Of a stretch of DNA of 64,000 nt, positions 9,251-19,172 are shown piece after piece. The stretch's first letter is position 1. The number at the start of each line of letters is the position of its first letter. The stretch is from IMG/VR virus record IMGVR_UViG_3300046170_000519, positions 1-64,000 of that record. One strand, given 5' to 3'. The notes below the pieces were generated by a model. That model was given only the letters and a program-made list of their open reading frames with translations. It did no database searches and was not told the DNA's origin. Made by a program: the position numbers and the translations under genes.

Positions 9251-10471
9251 TTAAACTACAATACCAGTAAGAGCTCTAGAGTCAAGAACCATTCTTCCTT
9301 CCTCAATAGATCCGTAATATCCGATCTTTTGTTGGCGAACGGTGTATTGATCATCAGCAGCAAGTCTGAGTTCTTGACCTGTTTCAGAGTCAAGAGCTAC
9401 AGCTCTCATTAATGATTCTCTAGATCTATCAATACCAATAATAATTTGATCAGTAGCACTCGCAAATGCTGAGCCTCCATGACCAAAGTTTTTACTAGCT
9501 GCAGTAGCTACTGTAGCAAAAACATCATTGAATTTCTGACCATCACCAAGTTCATTCAACTCAGTAAAGGAAACTCCATAAAGCTCAGATGCCCCAGCAT
9601 TAGAATATAACTGATTACGCATCTGCTCAGTTGCAGGAATAACACCTGCGCCAGTACTTGAAACTGTTCCAGCTGTTACTGGATCTGTAGCTGTTCCACC
9701 TCTAGTATCAGCAGTCTGAGGGCTAACTGTTAATGTAGTATCAAGACCACGAGTATTGATGGGGTTGTAAGCCATAGCACGAATTTCACCCATAATTTCA
9801 GGAGAAATAAGTAAGTCTGTAACTCCACGATTTTGAGTTACTGGAGTGCCCTTATTCCAAGCTGTATTAATGCGCTTTGCATGAGTAATCAAACGATTTA
9901 CATCAGCGAGCAAGAATTGGTCAGCATTTACAGATTGAATAACATGATCTTTTTTATTTGAAGATCCACCTGAAGAAAACTCTGATTGAGCATTAGCTAA
10001 AACTCCTAAGATTAAGTTGGCAGATGTTACTTCCTGTTTAAGCATCAATTCTTGAGCTAAACGAGAAAATGTCTTGCTAACCACATCTAGACGAGAGCGA
10101 GCAGCATATCTGCGATCAAAATCCAAAGCGGTTTCCAACCTATAGGTTGTGAATTTCAATTCACTATGTGTTGGAGCAATGTTGTTTGAAGGCAATCCAC
10201 CAGGAGTATTTTGAGTATAAATCTCAATATAATCTTCATCTGTAATGTCATGGTAAAGATCCAATGGAATAGAAGGGTTATCATCCTCATTAAAAGAGAA
10301 ACTATTAAACATGTTACTCAAAGAAGGTGCGTTATTTATAACTTCAGCCAATACTGGGGAAATAAATTCAGCAGCAGCAGCTTGAGCTTCTTGAGCGACA
10401 TTTCTGTTCTTTGAAGCCATAGCTTTAATAAGCTCGACTTGTTCTTGTGTTCTTGTTAAAGTAATATTCAT
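9251..10471 (-). CDS. Major capsid protein (406 aa)
   Basis: Size, strongly biased codon use, position after protease and decoration genes, strong terminator downstream; C-terminal YTVRQQKIGYYGSIEEGRMVLD is consistent with an HK97 fold. Confidence 0.8.
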   Translation of the reverse strand: MNITLTRTQEQVELIKAMASKNRNVAQEAQAAAAEFISPVLAEVINNAPSLSNMFNSFSFNEDDNPSIPLDLYHDITDEDYIEIYTQNTPGGLPSNNIAPTHSELKFTTYRLETALDFDRRYAARSRLDVVSKTFSRLAQELMLKQEVTSANLILGVLANAQSEFSSGGSSNKKDHVIQSVNADQFLLADVNRLITHAKRINTAWNKGTPVTQNRGVTDLLISPEIMGEIRAMAYNPINTRGLDTTLTVSPQTADTRGGTATDPVTAGTVSSTGAGVIPATEQMRNQLYSNAGASELYGVSFTELNELGDGQKFNDVFATVATAASKNFGHGGSAFASATDQIIIGIDRSRESLMRAVALDSETGQELRLAADDQYTVRQQKIGYYGSIEEGRMVLDSRALTGIVV

Positions 10472-10492
10472 TATTGTTATCTTTCTTTTTGA

Positions 10493-11167
10493 TTATCCAA
10501 TTTTAACTAAAGCAACATTCTTGCCTGCATTCTTTCCTGTCGCAAGCACTCTTCCAACTACAGGTTTACCAGAACCAGCAATTCCAAGTTTTCCATCAGC
10601 AGCAGCCTGCAAATTAGCTCCTGGTATAATAGCTGAAGCGCTACCTAACTCTGTTGCATCAACAATTCCAGCTCCACTAGCAGCTAGTCCAACTGTTATT
10701 GTGAAAAATCCACGAGTCGCTACAGGCACAGTTTCTCCAGGGAGAACGGCTTGAAACTCATCTTTCTTTACTGGGTAATAAAGAAGCTTTTCATCATTTT
10801 CATCCCATGCCATTGTAGCACGCAATGTAATTCCTAAAATTTGGGCCTCAGCCGCAGCTACAGTAACATCATGAGCTGCAGTTGGATAAAAACTTCCTTG
10901 CTTTAATGCGTATTCTCCTTGATTGCTTCCGCCGATTTTACCAAGGTAATCATCATATGTGCGGGTAGGCTCGTCGCCTCCAAGGGTTAGTTTAGTACTG
11001 CTGTTATTTACTACAGCTGTTCCACTCCAGTTACCTCCTTTTGAGAAAGTTATGTCATCAGGACTTAAGGCTGTATATTTTGAAGCCTTAACTGAGGACA
11101 CATCTAAATTAAAAAGACCGATAACGTCATTTTCATCATATTGTCTAAATGGTAATAATTTATGCAT
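10493..11167 (-). CDS. Capsid decoration/cement protein (224 aa)
   Basis: Gly/Ala-rich, directly upstream of the MCP; motif ILGITLRATMAWDENDEKLLYYP...VLPGETVPVATRG. Confidence 0.6.
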   Translation of the reverse strand: MHKLLPFRQYDENDVIGLFNLDVSSVKASKYTALSPDDITFSKGGNWSGTAVVNNSSTKLTLGGDEPTRTYDDYLGKIGGSNQGEYALKQGSFYPTAAHDVTVAAAEAQILGITLRATMAWDENDEKLLYYPVKKDEFQAVLPGETVPVATRGFFTITVGLAASGAGIVDATELGSASAIIPGANLQAAADGKLGIAGSGKPVVGRVLATGKNAGKNVALVKIG

Positions 11168-11186
11168 GATTGTGTTTTGTTAAATA

Positions 11187-12758
11187 TTAAAATGTTATTG
11201 TTAAGTTTTCTTTAGCGAATGCTGTTGAAAATTTTTCTCTTAAAGATTGTGGCTCTTCTGAAGATTCAGTGTTGTTATTTGGAATAACTTCTTCTTCTTT
11301 AGCGCTAGCCAAAGCTTCTTCTACATTAACTTCATTCTCAGATTCTTCTGAAGAAGCTTCGCTCTCTCCTGAGATACGTTTTTTAACTTCTTCTTCCAAT
11401 CTTGTTTGAAATTCTTTTTCTTTTGCTTCAATGTACTCTTTATTTTTATGAGCCCACATTACAGAAATTTTTTCTTTATACTCATCAAACGAAGAATCTT
11501 CGATATCGAGAGATCCAACTTCTTTAGCTAAAAGCTCTCTATCCGAATCAGAAAGGTCATAATTCGCTTCAATTTCTTCCATTCTGGAATTGAATGCTGA
11601 ATCCTTTTTCGTTTCTAAAATTTCATTCTTTAGAGACTCAACACTAGCTTCAGAGTTTTCAAGCTGAGTTTTAAGCTCTTCGATATCTTTTTTCATCCGA
11701 GCTTCCGCTTCATCAAGGCTTTTCTTTTGATTAGCAAGATCGGATAATTCTTGTTCATATTGCTCACTTTTGGATTTAATTGCATCTCCAATTACTCTTC
11801 CAATGTTAGCAACAGCCTCTTGAGAAAAGTTATGCTCAGGCATCTTTTCTTCAAGCAAAGCTTTAAAATCTTCCATTAATTCTTTTTTTTCCATAGTTGT
11901 AGAAATTATATTTATAGACTCTGTTACATTATTTTTTTCGCTTTGTGAAATTTTTTTTAATTTTTTTTTATCAGAAGCTTTTTCCTGGTGTAGGTCTTTA
12001 TCTTGATTTTCGTTCTCTTCCGCCAAGATTATACCCTTCACATCTGCAGCTGGATTAGTTGTGAATCCGATTCCTAAAGGATAAACTTCTCCAACAACTA
12101 ACCTGTAAACAGGAGTTCCGTCTTCCATCTTTCCTTCTCCTTCAAAAGAAGTTAGGAATTCTGATAACTCAGATATTACTTTTGGATCTTCAACAATTTC
12201 AGCTTCTTTGAGGTTTTCACTACCAACAGCAATTACATAATCATTAAAACCAAGTTCCCAACTCGCAGAAACACTCATGTATAACTCATCTTGAGGATCT
12301 ATTGATTTTTTAACTATGTCGCCAAAATCTTGATGAGTATGAGTATACAATATAGAGCCGAAAGATAAATTAAAAACATCAAGCCCATAACTATCAATAT
12401 CAGTTATTATTTCATTAGTTTGCAAATCAGAAAAAGCTGAAGAAATGATATGCCCTACGATTTGTTTTTTGTTGTGCTCTATATTTGTTGGTTTATGGAT
12501 AAAATAATCTTTAATTTTTTTAGCTGTAGTGGTATCGATACCATCTCCATTTCTATTAAATTTATTAATCAACGCGCCATTAAAAGCTAAGCCAACAATA
12601 TCAATATTTTTATCATAATCTATATCACCACTTTTGATTAATTCTTTAAGTGGAGACAAATCACTTATTGAAGCTATAGATTCTTGTAAAAATTTATTTT
12701 TTTTAATTTGTGAAGCTTTAACTTCTGAAGAAAACTTTGTTTTATATTTAAAATTCAT
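11187..12758 (-). CDS. Prohead protease with C-terminal scaffold coiled coil (start revised to MNFKYK)
   Basis: N-terminal protease-like region (NIEHNKKQIVGHI; VSASWELGF; GIGFTTNPAADVKG), long acidic coiled-coil C-terminus; GTGTAA at 12775-12780. Confidence 0.75.
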   Translation of the reverse strand: MNFKYKTKFSSEVKASQIKKNKFLQESIASISDLSPLKELIKSGDIDYDKNIDIVGLAFNGALINKFNRNGDGIDTTTAKKIKDYFIHKPTNIEHNKKQIVGHIISSAFSDLQTNEIITDIDSYGLDVFNLSFGSILYTHTHQDFGDIVKKSIDPQDELYMSVSASWELGFNDYVIAVGSENLKEAEIVEDPKVISELSEFLTSFEGEGKMEDGTPVYRLVVGEVYPLGIGFTTNPAADVKGIILAEENENQDKDLHQEKASDKKKLKKISQSEKNNVTESINIISTTMEKKELMEDFKALLEEKMPEHNFSQEAVANIGRVIGDAIKSKSEQYEQELSDLANQKKSLDEAEARMKKDIEELKTQLENSEASVESLKNEILETKKDSAFNSRMEEIEANYDLSDSDRELLAKEVGSLDIEDSSFDEYKEKISVMWAHKNKEYIEAKEKEFQTRLEEEVKKRISGESEASSEESENEVNVEEALASAKEEEVIPNNNTESSEEPQSLREKFSTAFAKENLTITF

Positions 12759-12806
12759 AACAATGTTGTAATTGTTACACAATTTTATTTTTAAAATGAA
12801 AAACTT

Positions 12807-13382
12807 TTATCTTGTAATGTATCGGTATTTATCGTAATCATTATTTAATTCTAATAAATCGATATCATCACTAATCTTTAACATACAGAGCGAGTCTACA
12901 CTCTTAACTATACTAAAATATTTTTTTTCCAAAGTTAATTCAGATAAATACCTTTTAGCATCATGTATTAATACGATTGGGTCTACCCCCATATCTTTAG
13001 AGTATTTTATTGTGGCTAGAGCGCAAGCTATTCTAAACCTTCCATCTATTAATACAACCTCTGGTATATCTTCTGCATTGTTTATCGCTTGACTGTATGT
13101 AGGCCACAAATTTTTTCTTGCCTCATCGGTGGGGTAGCCATACGAATGGGTGGGCCCTAAATCAATATGCTCAAACTTGAATCTTTTTTCATCTTGAATT
13201 ATTTTTTCAACTTTATCCAACCATTTTCTATCAGTATCTATTGTGCGAACCTTTGCCGAAGAATTGTCGTATACAAAAACCGTACTACCTCCACATCCGT
13301 ATTCAAAGTAAGTATTAATGCTTTTTGTCGTTTCTAAAAGAAATTCAATTTCTTTTTCGTTCATTCCAACTTTCAATCGCAT
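12807..13382 (-). CDS. Class I SAM-dependent methyltransferase-like protein (191 aa)
   Basis: Motif I FEYGCGGST, acidic TIDTD, VLIDGRFR and VLIHD motifs, as in small-molecule/glycan O-methyltransferases. Confidence 0.65.
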   Translation of the reverse strand: MRLKVGMNEKEIEFLLETTKSINTYFEYGCGGSTVFVYDNSSAKVRTIDTDRKWLDKVEKIIQDEKRFKFEHIDLGPTHSYGYPTDEARKNLWPTYSQAINNAEDIPEVVLIDGRFRIACALATIKYSKDMGVDPIVLIHDAKRYLSELTLEKKYFSIVKSVDSLCMLKISDDIDLLELNNDYDKYRYITR

Positions 13383-13467
13383 TTTATTTTTTTTCTTTTG
13401 AGTTTTTTTGAGCTTTTTAAAGACTTTTCATCAGGGTAATCTTTATCTCCAGGTTTAGCTGGTTTGT
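13379..13467. repeat. Direct repeat copy A (89 bp)
   Basis: Identical to 14156-14246 except T5 vs T7 in one homopolymer; includes the start codon of the methyltransferase gene. Confidence 0.95.
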
Positions 13468-13484
13468 TAAAGGTTCTCTATGTC

Positions 13485-14159
13485 TCATACTATATCTATG
13501 TTAAAAATATTTCTCATATATTCATTAATCTCATCATTCTTAATGACATCTTTCCATTTATTTGGATTTGACTTTGCAATTGAATGATATCTACCATTAA
13601 CCTCATTAATATTCAGACTACCACCCGTGAATGATGATCCCTTGCCAATACCAGAGTTTGGCAACCCAGTAGGTACTACTTTATGTGACCAACCAAATCT
13701 ATTTTCTACCTTCATTGCATAATCACTATCTGAAACTAATTTATTATATAAAATGAACTTATTAGGGTATTTATCATATAACATACAATACTTTAAATAT
13801 ATTTCATCACACTTACCACCCCAACAAGTATCTCTATTCGATTTTATCCTAGATGCCCATATATTATACCAATCTCTAAGGATAATAATATCATTATCTA
13901 AAATATGTGTAGGTGCGACATCCTCATACGAGGAAATTAAAACATCATATTTCCCATCTGGTGGTTTCTTTAACTCAATTTTACCACCCAACCAAGTAAC
14001 ATGTTGCCCTACTTTACCATTTGTAATTGCATTTTTATGATAACCATATTCAAAATGCGAAAGTATCCATTCTATGATCATGTGATTACCTGATCTCCTC
14101 AATCCATATGTATTATACTCCACCATCTTAATAAACCCCTCTCCAACTTTCAATGGCAT
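13485..14159 (-). CDS. Sulfotransferase-like P-loop protein (224 aa)
   Basis: 5'-PSB-like YGLRRSGNH and 3'-PB-like IIILRDWYNIWAS motifs. Confidence 0.6.
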   Translation of the reverse strand: MPLKVGEGFIKMVEYNTYGLRRSGNHMIIEWILSHFEYGYHKNAITNGKVGQHVTWLGGKIELKKPPDGKYDVLISSYEDVAPTHILDNDIIILRDWYNIWASRIKSNRDTCWGGKCDEIYLKYCMLYDKYPNKFILYNKLVSDSDYAMKVENRFGWSHKVVPTGLPNSGIGKGSSFTGGSLNINEVNGRYHSIAKSNPNKWKDVIKNDEINEYMRNIFNIDIV

Positions 14160-14246
14160 TTTATTTTTTTTCTTTTGAGTTTTTTTGAGCTTTTTTTAAA
14201 GACTTTTCATCAGGGTAATCTTTATCTCCAGGTTTAGCTGGTTTGT
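14156..14246. repeat. Direct repeat copy B (91 bp)
   Basis: Covers the 3' end of ORF 14161-14745 and the ATG of the sulfotransferase-like gene. Confidence 0.95.
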
Positions 14247-14745
14247 AGTTTTTCCCCATCCTTTTTTTCTTTCTTCTAATGTTTTCCCAGAGTCCAGGTT
14301 TATTTTTCTTACCTTCTGATTCGTCCATTTCATCGAGTAAAATATCTTCAAGATCTTGTTCTGTAAATTCCTCTAAAGAACCTTCAACTTTTGAACCTCC
14401 TCGCCATTGCCTGCAAGACCAGTATCTAGCTTTCCATTTTGGCCCAGGGTTTCCGCAGTTATGCCTAGCTCTAAAAGATTTTCTTCTTGCAGGATCATCT
14501 CTTTTAATTTCCATGTTTGGATCTCCGAAGTTCACTTTTACAATATTCCCTTTGTCATTCTTTACATAAACAGAAAATTTCTTAGGCCCCTTTGGAGTTC
14601 TGAATGGCTTATTTAAAGTTTTACCTTTATTCTTTTCTTCAGCCCATATTTCCTCAGAAATCAATTCTTCACTTCCACAATCAGGACAGAATAAACTTTT
14701 AGCATTTATTATTTCAGAAAGATCTATATTTATATATTTTCTCAT
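14161..14745 (-). CDS. Basic Cys/His-motif protein, probably virion-associated (194 aa)
   Basis: Motifs KPFRTPKGPKKFSVYVKN...RKSFRARHNC...ARYWSCRQW and GLWENIRRKKKR; between portal and protease. Confidence 0.7.
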   Translation of the reverse strand: MRKYINIDLSEIINAKSLFCPDCGSEELISEEIWAEEKNKGKTLNKPFRTPKGPKKFSVYVKNDKGNIVKVNFGDPNMEIKRDDPARRKSFRARHNCGNPGPKWKARYWSCRQWRGGSKVEGSLEEFTEQDLEDILLDEMDESEGKKNKPGLWENIRRKKKRMGKNYKPAKPGDKDYPDEKSLKKAQKNSKEKK

Positions 14746-14753
14746 ATTTTATA

Positions 14754-16823
14754 CTACACAGGTTTTTCTCTGCTGTGAAAAAGAATTGCTGACGGGTAAT
14801 CAGATAATTGATGCTTGGCTGATATTTCTAGTATTTCTTGAAGGCTGGTTAACTTGTCAATACTTTCTGGGTCTTTTACGCACGCTTTTATGCTTTCCTC
14901 CCAATCTTCACTTAAGTTGGATACAACAACAGACTCTATTAACTTGTCTAAAATATTGTTTTGATCTTTACTTAATCTTTTAACTTTAAATTTTGATTTT
15001 AATTCTGACAAACCTAAAGATCTTAGTTTTTCTATTGATTGAATGGTAGACTGAATATCTTTCCTTGAATATAGTTGGTTGGCTGTAGCACCCGTTGGTC
15101 TTCCAACTTCTTTCGGTGGGTTATTTTTTTGCTGTTGATCTGTTTTAATCACTTGTTTTTGGTTGGCGGATTTATTAATCTGTTTTTCCTTGAGGTCTCT
15201 CTCTTCTTCAGCTCCAGGAGCTTCAACCAAAGGCACTCCCCCAATTAAGGGATTGTACATACCTTTCTCTCTGTCATCTAAGTATTTTTCTTGAGCTGGC
15301 TCTAATTCATCTGCATGAGGGAAAATACCTGTCCTTATCGCCTGCATACCTTGCTCTGGAGAGAGTACTCCTATTTCCAGAAGTCGTGTTATAACTCTTT
15401 GAAATTGAACTTCGTCTTTAATATCCACTTCTTGAAATTTCACTGTTGGGTATTGTTTAAATCCCATTTTTCGAGAAAGTATTTTTACTTGAGGCATGAT
15501 AAAATCATTAATAAAAGCGTTTCTCGCTTCTTTCAATCTTTCCAAGAAAATTTGAGCTTTAATTTGTGTGCTAGAATAATTTTCTTTACCTACAATAATA
15601 TTTTGCAATCCTTCTCTAATGTCTTGATTTACTATTTCGTATTTATTAGGCCCTAGTATTTTGTTCACATCAGGCATTACGAAATCAGCTTTTGTCGTGT
15701 AGTCGCTAACTAATACTCGACCAACACTTTCATTTTGAAACAAGCACTGCATAGCACTTAAACTATGGGGGTTAATTCCACCTTTATCTGGTTCCGTCCC
15801 CATTGTAATTAACAGTACAACATTTTCTATTGTTCGACTTATAGCCTGATCAATTTTTTTAAGTTCTATTTTCCAGTTCAGATCATCTAACACTGGAAAT
15901 CCAAAAGGGATTGCAAAAGGTTCATAATCTTGTTTTTTATAAAATGAAAAAATTAATTTTTCTGAATCTAATGGCACAAGTATTCCTGTGGTATTGAACT
16001 GCCCTTTTTTAATTGCTTTTTGAGTTTCTAAATCAAAAGAGTTGAATATATCTTGATCTTCTTTTGTGGCGGGATTTCTTAATCTTTCTAACTCATATTC
16101 TGATAATATTTTTTTATAAGCCCCAGAGTCAAAAGATGTTGCTCTGTTTGCTGTTATATCGTATGGATTCAATAATATATATCTAACAGGTATTTTACCA
16201 TCCTCTAAAAACTTATTTCCTTCAGCTCCATAGACTTTATTTAGATTTAACAGATCTTTTTTATTAAACTCTCCATCTATTCGATAAAAAAATATATTCC
16301 CACTTCTATAGTACTCTCTAAAATATTGATCCTTTAATTTCCATAGATTAATTTTTTCAAACCATTTATATATAAACTTTCTTGCAGTTTCACTGCCACC
16401 TTCTAAGTATATTTCAGAATTTGAAAACTCTGACATAACATCGATAGCGTTTCGGAATATTGGTATATTCGCATAAGCTTTTTGGCATAACTCTATAGTT
16501 TCCCTTACATCAATACCATCAACACTTACATTATAAGGTAGTATACCTTCAGATATATTTTTAAATTTATCCGCTTTAATTCTTGAGCCTAATCTCCCTC
16601 TAGATTTACTGCTTGAATCTGCTGATCGAAGAGCATCTGTTATTGGCCCGCCACAACTAGCTTTTGATTCGAACAGCTGAGGTTTTGTTTTACTTGAAGC
16701 TTCGCTAACATAATAATTATCTCCACACATTATAGGCTCAAAAGAACTTTGCTCCTGTGCGACATCTTTTTTTTCAAATCTATTCCAGTAGCTTGATTTT
16801 TTTGTATATTTTCTTTTACTCAT
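14754..16823 (-). CDS. Portal protein (689 aa)
   Basis: Directly after the large terminase; helical core (AYANIPIFRNAIDVMSEF, FYKKQDYEPFAIPFGFPVL). Confidence 0.8.
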   Translation of the reverse strand: MSKRKYTKKSSYWNRFEKKDVAQEQSSFEPIMCGDNYYVSEASSKTKPQLFESKASCGGPITDALRSADSSSKSRGRLGSRIKADKFKNISEGILPYNVSVDGIDVRETIELCQKAYANIPIFRNAIDVMSEFSNSEIYLEGGSETARKFIYKWFEKINLWKLKDQYFREYYRSGNIFFYRIDGEFNKKDLLNLNKVYGAEGNKFLEDGKIPVRYILLNPYDITANRATSFDSGAYKKILSEYELERLRNPATKEDQDIFNSFDLETQKAIKKGQFNTTGILVPLDSEKLIFSFYKKQDYEPFAIPFGFPVLDDLNWKIELKKIDQAISRTIENVVLLITMGTEPDKGGINPHSLSAMQCLFQNESVGRVLVSDYTTKADFVMPDVNKILGPNKYEIVNQDIREGLQNIIVGKENYSSTQIKAQIFLERLKEARNAFINDFIMPQVKILSRKMGFKQYPTVKFQEVDIKDEVQFQRVITRLLEIGVLSPEQGMQAIRTGIFPHADELEPAQEKYLDDREKGMYNPLIGGVPLVEAPGAEEERDLKEKQINKSANQKQVIKTDQQQKNNPPKEVGRPTGATANQLYSRKDIQSTIQSIEKLRSLGLSELKSKFKVKRLSKDQNNILDKLIESVVVSNLSEDWEESIKACVKDPESIDKLTSLQEILEISAKHQLSDYPSAILFHSREKPV

Positions 16824-16874
16824 GGCTGGGTTACTTTATGATTACACGCAAAAGTTTAAAAGTGACTTTTAAAG

Positions 16875-18731
16875 TTACTTTATAAACATTGGGGCAAAAG
16901 TTAAATGATTTTCTTGTTTATAGTTTTTGATGTCATGGTATATTTTAACCATCCAACTACCTAAAACTAAAGCAGAATAACAGTCTTTCCTCGCTTTACT
17001 TGGCCCAGTAGTCTTTTTTAAATTTAATGGCAAATCAAATGTTTGAGTTCCTTGTGGAGATGATCTCACTTCAATCAAAGCGCATTGCCCTTTAGTATAT
17101 GATATCATATCATTTTGATGTTCTATAAAATCAATCATTTTAGCCCCATCTGTTTGGCTAATTTCATCATCATTAAAATTCATAAATCTCAGTTTTTGAA
17201 TCGGGATTTGCTTTCTTCTCTGGGATTGAAAATGTTCATTTATACTTCTTGATGCGAACCAAACTCTTTTATGGTCAAAATTTGCTTGAAGCAATTCGTT
17301 GGCTCTTCGGATCCAATCTGATGTAGGCTTCCTTAAGCAGCAAGGTATTCCTTCGTTAGAAAACTCTCTTTTAGCTTTTGATAGTGATTTTTGGTAATTT
17401 TCTATATCATCAAATTCTGTTTCAATAATATTGATTTTATGTTTTGAGTTTTTGAATTCAATATTTTCTTGTAGAGCGTTAATAAATTGTACACCACCAT
17501 TATAATCGCCTACAATAGCTTTTATATTAAAATTATTTAATATATAATTAAAATATTGTATATGATTTTTTAAACTTTCTCCAGCCATTGCATAAACATG
17601 AACTAATGTACAAGTATTTTTTTCTGGATGTAATTTAAATACCTGCATGGCAAAGTCATCAGAGCTTTCTGATTCAGCCCAACTTGGGTCAAATGCCAAT
17701 AAATATTTAGCACCTTCTTCTCCTTTCACCTCGACACTCGGATGACTACCTTCTTCTACGGTGCAAGCTTTCATTGTTGAAATCTTAAAATAGCCTGAGC
17801 TATCATCAGTAAAAATTGCACCAAATTCTCGATCATATTGACTTTGACTCATGGTTGACTTCGCTTGTTCTACCAAATTCTGATCATATAGTTGTTTTGG
17901 AGCGCAGTCATAAGAGAAGTGCATAATAGATCTAGAAGCGTTATCATTTTCATTTTCTTTTAATATAGATTGCTCAAAGTTTTCGTAAAGCTTATATAGA
18001 TACTCAAATTTATAACTTGCAGACGAAAGCATAATTAGCTTATTGTTAGGCCAAACATATCTATCCTCTTCTTTCATTTCTCCGCTAGCTATTAGCTTTG
18101 TTTCAAGATTGTACATATCTTCTCTTTCTTTTGGATTTTGAACAACAGACAAGAATGGGACGATAACCTCATTATAAACTCTCTCTGGCATAAGTAACAT
18201 CTCATCGATAATAATCCTATGAAACCTAAACCCTCTAAGTTTTGATCCATCTCCCAAAGGTAATGCTCGAATAGAGCTGTCGCCTATTTCCATAACCCAT
18301 TCATCATTTTGCTTGGAAACTCTTGTAATACAATTTGATAAATATTTGGCTTCTGGTTTAGCAGCGATATCTTCAATTTTTTTAAAAATCATTTTTGCTT
18401 GTCGAAATGATTTAGAAAGTATACCAATATCTACCCCTTGATTCATTATTGCATCCATGAAGGCAAAAATTCCAGTAGTCCAGGATTTTGACATACCACG
18501 AGACCATATACCCAAAAAGTAATCGCTCTCAAACATTGCTTTTATAGCCATATGTTGAAATGGAAACAAATCCACCCCTGCAATTAAATTAGTACTGAAA
18601 GTTACATTCTCTTTCAAAAATTTATACAACAATATCTTAGCTTCCCTTTCTTCTAGAAAACCTTGTTTAGATTTTAGGATATCATTGATATCCTCTTTCT
18701 TTTTCTTTTTGTGTGGTTGCTCCCAAGCCAT
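16875..18731 (-). CDS. terL: Terminase large subunit (618 aa)
   Basis: Walker A-like WSRGMSKS, Walker B IIIDE, LRGFR motif, RNase H-like LAFDPS nuclease domain, C-terminal KDCYSAL. Confidence 0.92.
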   Translation of the reverse strand: MAWEQPHKKKKKEDINDILKSKQGFLEEREAKILLYKFLKENVTFSTNLIAGVDLFPFQHMAIKAMFESDYFLGIWSRGMSKSWTTGIFAFMDAIMNQGVDIGILSKSFRQAKMIFKKIEDIAAKPEAKYLSNCITRVSKQNDEWVMEIGDSSIRALPLGDGSKLRGFRFHRIIIDEMLLMPERVYNEVIVPFLSVVQNPKEREDMYNLETKLIASGEMKEEDRYVWPNNKLIMLSSASYKFEYLYKLYENFEQSILKENENDNASRSIMHFSYDCAPKQLYDQNLVEQAKSTMSQSQYDREFGAIFTDDSSGYFKISTMKACTVEEGSHPSVEVKGEEGAKYLLAFDPSWAESESSDDFAMQVFKLHPEKNTCTLVHVYAMAGESLKNHIQYFNYILNNFNIKAIVGDYNGGVQFINALQENIEFKNSKHKINIIETEFDDIENYQKSLSKAKREFSNEGIPCCLRKPTSDWIRRANELLQANFDHKRVWFASRSINEHFQSQRRKQIPIQKLRFMNFNDDEISQTDGAKMIDFIEHQNDMISYTKGQCALIEVRSSPQGTQTFDLPLNLKKTTGPSKARKDCYSALVLGSWMVKIYHDIKNYKQENHLTFAPMFIK

Positions 18732-19172
18732 TTAAATTATTTGTTGTATTGCTTCTTGTGATATTCCAGATGGAGTATGAATTGTTTTTATACCAACTTC
18801 ATTAGCATCGTCAATAATTGTTTGAAGATCATCTATTAATAATATGTTTTTATATTCACAATTAAACTTTTTTTTAGTTTCTTCTATGTGATATCTTTTA
18901 GATGGATAAGAGGGATGAATTACGATAATATCAAAAAATTTTTTTTCAAAGATATATGATAAATAATTTTTACAGATCTCTGCAGCTGGACTTGCTGAAG
19001 CTATTCCTACTTTATAACCTTTATTCTTTAAAGATTTGATTACATCTACAGCATTCGGCATCAACATGCTTTCAACTTGTTGTTTTGATAAAATCTTTGA
19101 AGCCCAACTGTCAAATCTCCATATAGTTCTATCTAGATCTATTAATACTATTTTTATTTCTTTTGTGTTCAT
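18732..19172 (-). CDS. HAD-superfamily phosphatase, MDP-1-like (146 aa)
   Basis: Motif I DLDRTIW, motif II IAS, K in motif III, motif IV LIDD. Confidence 0.75.
   Translation of the reverse strand: MNTKEIKIVLIDLDRTIWRFDSWASKILSKQQVESMLMPNAVDVIKSLKNKGYKVGIASASPAAEICKNYLSYIFEKKFFDIIVIHPSYPSKRYHIEETKKKFNCEYKNILLIDDLQTIIDDANEVGIKTIHTPSGISQEAIQQII

Noticed and set aside
16875-18731. Intein or intron in the terminase or portal
   Set aside because: Lengths are ordinary, and no Hint C/S...HN motifs or frame breaks were seen.
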